From: Lama guanicoe
Taxonomy: Eukaryota
Assembly: GCA_013239625.1 (NCBI GenBank)
Contig: MU054098.1
Coordinates: 2,977,104-3,041,103, forward strand
DNA: 64,000 nucleotides
Reading direction: 5' to 3'
Below the pieces are notes generated by a model, which was given only the letters and a program-made list of their open reading frames with translations, was not told the DNA's origin and made no database searches. The translations under genes were made by a program, and so were the position numbers. Of the stretch, positions 54,542 through 64,000 are shown piece after piece (the first letter of the stretch is position 1; each line of letters starts with the position of its first letter).

Positions 54542-57289
54542 GTGCCCACCCTCGAGGAGCCAGAGGTGGGAGGACAGGACAGGGCAAGAAGGCAGCAAGT
54601 CTCAGCACCCCCCGCTCCCCCGGCCTCCGGGTACCCAGCCAACCGGCCAGAGACGTGCTGCTTCCCTTGGCCTCTTACCCCAGACCTGGCTGCCTTGGCT
54701 TCCTTCTGCTTTCCATTTGGAGAGTGACCTGGGACTCTGCCAAGAGCCAGGAACTTTCGGAGAAGGTGCCCAGACCCCGTCACCTTCAAGCCCATTAATG
54801 GTGTTGGAAGCATCCATGCCAACAGAGCAGCCAGGCCCGGCCCCAGAGGATTGCCACTCAGCACTGCCATCCAAGCTGGGGCTGCCACCACTACCTCCCC
54901 ATCCACCCTTTCTTTCATTCGTGCATGCATGCATGCATGCTTTCATTCCAAAATATTTAGCTGCCACTCACCCTGTGCCTGGCCCTGCACTAGGTGCTGT
55001 GGGCGCTCAGCATCGAGGACAGCACAGGCCTGGACCTCGAGGAGCTTACAGTCTAGTCAGGGGGCGGGGGGACATTTATGAGGAACCACACACATAGATG
55101 TGAGATTTCAAGTTGTGAGAAACAGAAGGAAATAAGAGAGGGGTGTTGTGAACGCCTGTAAGGTGGACTAGGAGGCCAGGAAAGAAGTCCAAGGAGGTGA
55201 TGCTCAGGCCTGACCCAGAGGGAGGGGAGGCACCGGCCAGGCAGAGGGCAGGGGACATGGTGTGGGAGGGCCGAGGTGTGTCTCTGCCCCCAGGGCCAGG
55301 GCGCTGCAAGCCTTTTGCCCTGGTGGGTCAGGCTCTGAGGTCTGAACGCCTATTGGCTTTCACTTGACAAACCAACTCTCTGACGGCTGCCAGGGAGGCT
55401 TTTCAACACCAAGCCCCCAGACCATGGACATCTGAGTCCGCTAGAAAACTTGGTAACAGGTAGATGCCCGGGCCCCCAGAGACATGGATTTAGCAGGTCA
55501 GGTTGGGCCCAAGAATTTGCATTTTGACAAGGTCTCCCGACGGATCTGTTATGGTGGTCTGTTGCTCTGTGAATCACTCTTGGAAAACATGGGCAGGGGC
55601 AAGTCTAAATGCCTTGACATACCTGGCATGTCTGTTGTTAAATTCACTAGTCACTTGTCTCTGTGCTGCTCACCCTGACTCCCACCACATCACTGGAGTG
55701 ATCATTGCATAGCACAAACCTGAGCTGCACACCTCTGCTTAAAACCCCCCCCTTTTTTTTTATTGCCTATTACTTTCAAAATACATCCACATCCCTTAGT
55801 TAGGTATCCAGTGGTTCTTTGTGCTTTTGTTGCTGCCTCAATTTCTGCCTCTCCACACCTTGAATAGTGCCTGGTACAGGGTAGACATTGGACAAAAATG
55901 TATTTATTACCCTGAAAATGAGGGACTGAAACATAGTCTATTTCATGGAGGAAACTGAGTATCTTTCAGGTCACTGGCTAGTTGTGTGGCCTTCAAGAAT
56001 TTGCTTAACTTCTCTGTTCCTCATTTTTATTATCTATAAAATGAGCAGACTGGATCATATTACCTTAGGGTCACTTCTAAAATTTGACCTAAAGTAGTAC
56101 ACACATTACCATGGTTTCTGGCTGAATCATCTTCTATTTTTCAAAATTCCTCTAAGAAACTTGTTTGTTTGAAAGAGATCCTTTGCATCTATTAAATACT
56201 GCAATCCTTTGCCAACTATGTTACAAGAACCTATGCTGTGAAGTTTTTTAAAAAAATTTTTAACCTCTGAGCATATTTAAAATTTAATATAATAATGCAG
56301 TAATAGTCATGAGAAGAGAGTAAAATGTACTTTGGAATCTGTTTTTATTCAATGTGAAATCAATATATTACTACCAGATGGGGAGCAACTGGTTACCACC
56401 TTGAAGGAAAGAATTTATTTCTCATCTACTCTGTGCCAAGAACATTGCTAGGCACTTGTGAATATTATTCCTGGTAATCCTCACAACAACCTATTGAGGA
56501 AGACATTTTCTCACTACACAAACTGAACACACAGAAGATCAGCAAGTTTACATGACTAACCTTGGGTAACACACCTATTTAGTGGCAGGACTGTGATTGA
56601 ATCCAGAAGATTAAAACGTATGTGATTACAACACTGCAAATATACTCAATGCTACTGAACTGTACAGTTCAGAATGGCTAATGTTATGTGAATCTTACCT
56701 TAATAGGCAAAAAGAAAAAAATTAAAAATCAGGAAAGAAAAGATACGTGTTTATAGTTTGTGTCCATTTGACTAAAGCACAGTATGGTCAACTGGAAACT
56801 ACTTAGGACTCAGCTGTCTGACTCAGCTCTGAGACCTTGAGTAAGTCATTTCACTCCTCCAGATTTCTGTTTTCCTGTATGGAAAATAAGGGAGAGGTGG
56901 GCTAGCTGGGTGATTTCCAGGCGCCACTTCAGCTCGAACAGTCTAGTCTTATGTGTTTCTCACTCAGTGGTCTTCATTGCCCCCTTGTGGGTGAAAGCTG
57001 AACTGTTACTATCTCTGTATTCGTATAAGATTTCAGAATAATCTTCTGAAATAGCAGCAATAAACCCAAATCAAACCAGCCATTTGACATCATGCAGATA
57101 AAGAAGTTGGGGGAATGAATATTTTCCTTTTTATAAGTTTTTTTTATCATGGTGACACAAGTTTAGATACATAACCTTTCTAAACAAAACATAGTCTCAA
57201 ATGTGGTCAGGAACAAAGGACAAATCAAGTAGGCATTTCTCTCTCCCCCACCACCCTGGTTTTCTAATTTATTAGAATATAGCCCTTTC

Positions 57290-57398
57290 AATAATCTGTC
57301 AATATTTTAAAAAATATCATAAACAAAATTAAAAGAAAAGAGATATAGCAGAGAACTGCAGAAAACCAGCAACATGAATAAGATGAAAGGTTAATGCC

Positions 57399-57433
<35 letters not shown>

Positions 57434-58235
57434 TTTCTAGAAATCAATAAGAAACAAAAAAAAATGAGTGTTCCGCACCTCCAATGGGGACTAGAATGGG
57501 CTAGTCACTCAAGAAAAAATTAAAATGGTCAATAAATAGATGAACATCTACTTACTCTCAAAGAATGAAAGAAATGCGAATCAAAACATGAGATTATTTT
57601 TCACTTAGCACATAAGGCAAATGTGGTTTGTGAAGATGATATTCCACGAGTGGTTGAATGTTTAGAGGAATAGACCTTCTCTTATTCAACTGCTGTTGAT
57701 GTAGTTTGGGACAACATTCTTTCAGAGGGCAATTTGCCAATATATATTAAAAGCCATAAAAATATTCATATTCTTTGATCCAGAAATTTTACTTATAGGA
57801 AATAAACAGAGATGTGAATTAAGATTACTATTAGGGATGTAGACTGCTGCTTTATTTTATGAAAAGGAGGCCATTGCAAAAAACTTACCTGTCTAGCAAT
57901 GTGTTTGATTACATATATTATGGTAAATCCTTCAACAGACTATTATGCAAGCATTAAATATAATCCCTAGGAGAATATATAATGACTTAGAGAAAAGTGT
58001 CATGTATGTTAAGCGAAAAAGATTACAATCAGTATGTGCAAAATGACATCAATGCTTTTATTACATAAACATATTAAAATACACACTTAAAAGTAATATT
58101 TTAAAAATCTAGCTACCTCAGGGTAATAGGATTACAGATGACTTTTATTTTATTTTGCTTTTCTGTTTTTTTGCTCCTTCAGTTATATTTTTTTTTGTCA
58201 TGAGTGCGTATGACTTTTGTAATCAGAAAAAAAGA
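57290..58235 (+). mobile_element. Very old L1 (L1ME-like) fragment with (TA)n
   Basis: Degenerate AGAAATGCGAATCAAAACATGAGA...TTTGATCCAGAAATTTTACTT, similar to the ORF2 C-terminus. Confidence 0.6.
57402..57430. repeat. (TA)n microsatellite
   Basis: Seen directly in the sequence. Confidence 0.95.
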
Positions 58236-60558
58236 AAGACAAAGTTTTAAAGTGTTTACTTGTGACACTGTTTTCTCATGGGGAACAAATGGAAAAAGAG
58301 ACAATTCAAAGATTATACCAATACTTGTTCATCAATCAGCAGACTCTATATCAAACATTACAGGACACACCCATGGATATGCTGTTTTCCAGGGCAGCCA
58401 GGAACAATGAAAAAGAGAAGAGATGAGCCTGTCTCTTGCTTCCTCACGAATGCACCACAGGAAGGCATCATTTGTACTTTAACTCTAATCAATACAGCTA
58501 GCATTTCTTTCATTAAGGCAGTATTTCTTAATCCCTTTTTATCAATCAATTAAGTAGAAGAAGCAGAGCCTGGCACATCTGGCTCGAATTCAGTAGTGCT
58601 ATAGTGAGACTCATTACACATTTATCCATAATTCATATAGCATGAAGGGAATTGACAGATTACTCAAAAATACACATACTTGCACTCACAAAACCAAGAC
58701 ACTTAAATATGGCCGAACCAAAATTCTCTGTGTTGCCTTGGAGAAGACAAAGTGGTTTATGAAGACCCGTGAATCACTGCAGTAGTTCCCACATGACTAA
58801 AGGTGACAAGTTCTTCACATCTTGAGCTGCGAAGAAGATGCGTATTCTCCCTGGGAAAGCACTAAGTAACCCCTCACCCCCTCAAAAAAAAAAAACCTCA
58901 CACGAACATCACCACTTCCATCAGCAAAATAAAGCCAGATCCTTGTTTACCAGTTTTTGCAAACATACCAATAAGAGGACATTTTAATAACTTTACTTTC
59001 ATTCTTTAAATATGGCTAGCTGGGGAAAAAAAGAGACCAGTTTGGAAAAAAGCCATGCACATCTATGAACATTTTATCAAAAAATGTATCATAGTTTACT
59101 CGCCCTAAAATCAAGGGTAAGAAAAGCACTCCACTATAATGAATCCTACATCTCCATAGCAAGGAGATAAAAACTGACATCATTATCTGGATTACTGAGG
59201 TAAAACTGAGGTTAGAACTACTTCAGGTAATTCAAATGAAAGTAGACATGCCACTCCCATCCTGAAATTCCTCAAATCAGTGCTTTAATTTTCCAGTGCG
59301 TTTTAAAAATTTAATTATAGAATTGAAACCATCTATTCCACACTCTTCACTTCCTGGCCCATAGCCAAGCTATTTCCAAAAAATGAGACTCTATAATGTT
59401 TCTTTTTCCTCCCTCCTTTCCTTCCTTTCTCTCTTTCTCTTAAGATCTGCTCTCTTTACAATTTTCATATAAAACACACATTAGTGTTAATTCTATTTAT
59501 CATGTTGTACATTATACCTCTAGCATTTATCTTATAACTGGAAGTTTGTATACCTTTGACTGCCTTCATCCGATTCCCTTTCCCCCTACTCAAGTACCTC
59601 TTAAGACATCAAAAGAAAGAGATTTCCCACTGGGCTATGAATCAGGTAGAAAAATTGCAGACGGAAAGCTAGTTTTCTGCTTTTCAAGTATCAGTTTTGG
59701 ATGAACAAATCCTTTTATTAAAGATCTTGTAAATCTATGGCCTTCTATAGCCTAAAAGTTGCATCATTATAGCCTAATCAAAAGGATTTCTGGTGCTGTA
59801 TTTGAAGCTGGTCTGATAATTTGTTAAATGATTATCCTTAGTGAAGGATGTGGCAAAAAACTTGTTTTGTTCCCCCTCTGATTTTGACTGCCCGAAGTTC
59901 CATCAGGCAAAAATAGACGGAGGGGAGAAGAGGGCTAAATCTGTGACAGATGGAATCTCTGTAATGAAATTACATGCTGTGGAGAGACTTGTGTCCATAA
60001 TTTTAAAGTCACCACTATGTACTGTATATTCAAGCCATTAGACTGATGCTAATGCAAGTATGTTTAAAGTCCAATATGTGAGAACAGAATATTTAACAAA
60101 ATTATCCTTTGTGTTCTAATTTGTTTTGCCTATATTTCCATGTTTTCCCAAAATCTAGACAGTAGATCAGTCAAGAAAATAAAGGGAACATGCATATTCT
60201 ATTTATATTTTGTGATGGTTTCACTCTGTTTTAAATTATAATGAAGAAGTAAAGTGGAGAGTTAAGATCCAATGCCTATGCCCAGTATTCTTCATATATT
60301 ACAAAGCGGCATAACATAAAAGGAACTTTCCCACCTTAATCTTTTGAGCTTGTCTCCTAATCAGTAAAATGGTATCTGTCTGATCAGTAGGTAGTGGCTG
60401 CTTGGAGCACCATGTGGAAACATGATTCAGAGGCCACATGCAGGGCAACCTGAGTGACTTGATTGATAAATACTCTCTGTCTCACCCACCAGTTGCTCAA
60501 AAAGAGAAAGGGAGAAAAGCCGCACAAACATTGTATACCGGTTATTCAAAATGCACTT

Positions 60559-60564
60559 TTTATT
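60559..60564 (-). terminator. Probable RAB9B polyadenylation signal
   Basis: AATAAA on the - strand about 2.86 kb after the stop, with T-rich sequence downstream on that strand. Confidence 0.6.
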
Positions 60565-61895
60565 CACTTTAACACAGATGATTTTTTACAGTTGAAACAA
60601 AATATCTGATACACAATTTTGAGTTTTTAGCAGCACCTGCAACAAGAGGATTATGGAATACCTCAGGGTAAAGTAGAGATGACTGAGGCAGGCACAAATT
60701 AACCTGAAATTCGTCAATCCACTGAAGACATATGGAATCTGAGGCCCCTTGAATGTTAGCCCAATACATGAAAATAAATTAAATAAATATTCTGTATGAT
60801 GTTTAATGGACCATTGAAAAACAGCATAGTTCCAATTAGAAATATCTTGTTCAAAAATCCAGTGTTCATTTAAAAAAACACCTACTGAAAATATTGCACT
60901 GCACATTCTAGAGTACACAATTTCTAAGCCTATGTGCACAGTTCCTAGTACTCACAGATTTCAGCCTTCGGTGGTTTTTAATCTTATCCAAACTATATGT
61001 GAGCACCCCACTGAGTATTACTCACCAAAATGCCACTGTTTTTGTCATTTAATGTTAAGTGTTTTCATTAAGATATTGTGTAGTGATTTGGCAAAAAAAA
61101 AATTGGTGTGGCTAAGAGGAAAGGGGCTTCAATTGACCTGCCAATAAAATGAACACTTGTCTTGGATGGACAGGAGGCCTATGAATGGGATACTCAAGTA
61201 ATTTTTTTATTTAAATGATCACATGCCATTCAAATAGTGACAAGTACTTTTGTGAGTGGGTGGAGTTCTTTATGAAGGCCTGAGATCTACAAATAGAAAC
61301 TATTATAAGCAGAGTGCAAGTAGAAAGAGAAGGCCCCAGGTCTCATGCACTTTTAAACAATTAGCATTGAACAATTCTGATGTACAGATTTTCACCCTAA
61401 CATGATTGTAGCAAAATGATCATAGAACTGGGAGACCAGTGCGGCTGGCTATAGGCATAGGCAGGATAGGGACCAATACTTAAGAGCCGTGGGGTCCCAG
61501 TTCTGGCTTTGACTTCTGGCATCAAAGTTAGTTGGACAATGGGGTCAGGACCATATTTAAATGGGAAATACTGAGTATTACTGGGATGAAATATCATCTT
61601 CCACTTATCTATGTGGCAAAAAAGTCCCAGAGCTCTTAAAGCACATAAGGTCCCACGTGTAAGGCTGATTCCATATGTGGCTACAATGGAGAGTTCTAGG
61701 CTATATTCCTGTGAAAGCTCCTGCCCCCTCCCCAACCTAGGTCTCTTTCTGGGGTCATTTCTAACTGTCCCTCACTATCTTGGGCCATTATTTTTATCAG
61801 AGATGTTTTAAGAGTACAGATTAAAAGCTATGCAAGACAAATAGATCAACTGACAAGAACTAGACTGCATATTCATAATACAGTATATAGCTGGC

Positions 61896-61959
61896 AATGG
61901 TTTGTCAAATCAAAATTTGATTTGATCACAAAATTTTGATTTTGATTTGACAAACCATT
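61896..61959. repeat. Perfect inverted repeat, 21-bp arms and 22-nt loop
   Basis: AATGGTTTGTCAAATCAAAAT (61896-61916) and ATTTTGATTTGACAAACCATT (61939-61959) are exact reverse complements. Confidence 0.95.
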
Positions 61960-63417
61960 TTTGCATTTTAATATAGTATCTTTAGGATGTTTATATCGGG
62001 CATGTAATGATTACTCAGAGCTCAAGAATTTTTCCTGCCATAGTGCAAAAGCAAAAGAGCTATGTAGTTGCTGTTAAATGCTGATCCCAGAATAGTTTGA
62101 GAAACTTTAAAGTCCCTTTCCATAGTCTTAGCTGCTGTCTTAAGATAAATCTAATTATAACATGGCACTGAAATATAGTTTGTAGCTTACAGATTCCTAG
62201 AACTTAGAGCTGGAAGGGACCTTAAACCAAATATCTAGCCAGTACAGAAAAATCTTTTTTATGGTATTTCAACACCTGGTCATCCACATCTTCCTGACTC
62301 TTTTCACTGGAAGGGAGTTCACCATTAAGGCAGTCCATTCCACTGTCAGACAACTCTAATTATGAGACGTTCATTCTAACACTGGATTAAAGTATGTTCT
62401 CTTTTGTTACTTTCAATGTCTTAGTTTGGCCAGCTGAACATATAGTGCAACATAAAAGAAATCAGTTCCTTCTTCTACAATAAACATTCGAGTTAAGGAA
62501 CATTGTAAGAAAAGTCCAGTATCCTCCCATCTGTTCTGAAGGCTTCTCTGAGAGAAGTATTGTGGACCAAAGGACCATCAAAATTATGAGCAGAGTGCAG
62601 TGTGTCCAAAGTCATATACTAAACAGCATTGTTAAATTGATACGAGGTTGCCAGAGAAGCAACATCCCTGCACAGCAAAAGTAGACTTATGACGTGAAAG
62701 CAGACCAACCATTTATTTGCAAGGGTGGTTGGCATATTTGAGCATAATCCATTCACTAGTACCCTGTTACTTTAAACACAAGGAGTATAATAAATTTCCT
62801 ATGTCGTTAGTGTATCTCTTCTTGAGACAGTATTTCTTGAAAAGCTCAGCTGGGAGCAAATCACACATAAGGATTTAAACAAGGCAGTGTACATCATTAT
62901 ACTTTTGCATTCCTAATCATTATAACCTCTTTATAATTCAAGCTTAGAACATCTTTGTTTGCATTATTATTTTTATTGTAATACGGCTCAGAGTCTTATT
63001 TTTTTTCCCCTTGACAGACATGTCAGAAACTGCTTGGCAAGAGTTGATGGTGACATTTGTTAGTTGATAAATGGAACGCTTTAAGGGATAGCTGTAGCTC
63101 TTTAACTCCTTCATGCGGCTGGTTTCTAAGTTTAAACTGTGATTTGAAAAATATTTAAATCTCTCAGGACTAAAGCTTTCTGAAGTGTCCCGATACACAC
63201 AAGAAGGAAATAGCAGAAATCACGCAAAATACACTTGGCTTGATAAAGCTTTTTTTTTTTTTAAATCTCTCTACAACTTCAATTTGAAAGGCTCTGATTC
63301 ACCATCATAACCTTATCTCGCACCTTTTTGTATGTGTGTGCTCTCTTAGAGGGGCACAGTTATTCTTATGCTACTGACTGACCAATTTGGGGCACACTTT
63401 GAAAAGGCTTCCTACTT

Positions 63418-64000
63418 TTAACAGCATGAAGATCCTGATTTGGAGCCACTGTTCAAGTCAATAGTGTGACCTAACATGCAATGCTCCAGCTGTTCCTCTA
63501 CAGCCAACACCTGCCTGACCGCTTCTTCAAAGGCCACTGTCACGTTAGTATCATCTTTGGCACTTGTTTCTAGGTAAGGGTAATCTCCATTCTCCATGCA
63601 CCAGGCCTGCGCCTCCTCAGTAGTCACTTGCCTATCCTCTTTGTCTACCTTGTTACCCAGAACTACAAAGGGGAAGTGCTCAGGGTCTTTCACATCTGCG
63701 TAGTAGATGAATTCTTTCTGCCAATTACCAAGGTTCTCAAAGCTCTGCCGGTCATCCACGCTGAAGGTCAAGAGGCAGCAGTCTGCTCCCCTGTAGAAGG
63801 GTGTCCTAAGGCTCTTGAAACGTTCCTGCCCTGCAGTGTCCCAGATCTGGAGAGTTACAAAACGTCCATCTACCTCCAGATCTCGATTTAAGAACTCTAC
63901 CCCTATGGTGTGAAAAGCCTGAGAGTCAAATTTATTGGTTACATAACGGTTCATGAGTGAGCTTTTCCCAACTCCACCATCACCCAAGAGAATGACCTTT
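63418..64000 (-). CDS. RAB9B: Ras-related protein Rab-9B, 5'-partial (start codon just beyond the window end)
   Basis: The frame stays open to the window edge (KVILLGDGGVGKS). Motifs GDGGVGKS, WDTAGQE, NKVD and ETSAK are present, with a C-terminal SSCC prenylation signal. It is intronless here and lies next to PLP1. Confidence 0.97.
   Translation of the reverse strand, partial: KVILLGDGGVGKSSLMNRYVTNKFDSQAFHTIGVEFLNRDLEVDGRFVTLQIWDTAGQERFKSLRTPFYRGADCCLLTFSVDDRQSFENLGNWQKEFIYYADVKDPEHFPFVVLGNKVDKEDRQVTTEEAQAWCMENGDYPYLETSAKDDTNVTVAFEEAVRQVLAVEEQLEHCMLGHTIDLNSGSKSGSSCC

Larger units (their letters stand above)
60540..63417 (-). other. RAB9B: RAB9B 3'UTR (approximate)
   Basis: Runs from the stop codon to a minus-strand AATAAA (TTTATT at 60559-60564). 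Confidence 0.65.

Noticed and set aside
54422..55097. Cluster of 100-150 aa ORFs
   Set aside because: GC-rich sequence next to an LTR, with no homology I can recognise.
63418..63987. ORF-track start of RAB9B at 63987
   Set aside because: That codon is TTG (Leu) within KVILLGDGG; the frame stays open past the window end.

Overview
Mammalian genomic DNA, almost certainly the X-linked PLP1-RAB9B interval of a camelid (camel, alpaca or llama). The species inference rests on several tRNA-derived SINEs that look like camelid Vic-1. The window holds the complete seven-exon PLP1 gene on the + strand (ATG at 24337, stop at 38125, 834-nt CDS, 277 aa), including the internal DM20 donor in exon 3 and three AATAAA signals. 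It also holds most of the RAB9B coding exon and its ~2.9-kb 3'UTR on the - strand; the RAB9B start lies just beyond the window. The rest is transposon-rich. It includes a nested ERV/LTR/L1 cluster at ~5.9-14.8 kb with a young 5'-truncated L1 whose 752-aa RT-containing ORF is open, a twin-primed L1 inside a hAT fossil, solo LTRs, SINEs and MITEs. I found no convincing new multi-gene system. The best leads are local: a perfect 21-bp-stem hairpin in the RAB9B 3'UTR, a nested long-range duplex in PLP1 intron 3, candidate in-frame microexons in PLP1 introns 1 and 2, and an L1 RT ORF that gained its ATG from the LTR it landed in. Repeat-family names and comparisons with human or mouse come from memory, not from a database search.
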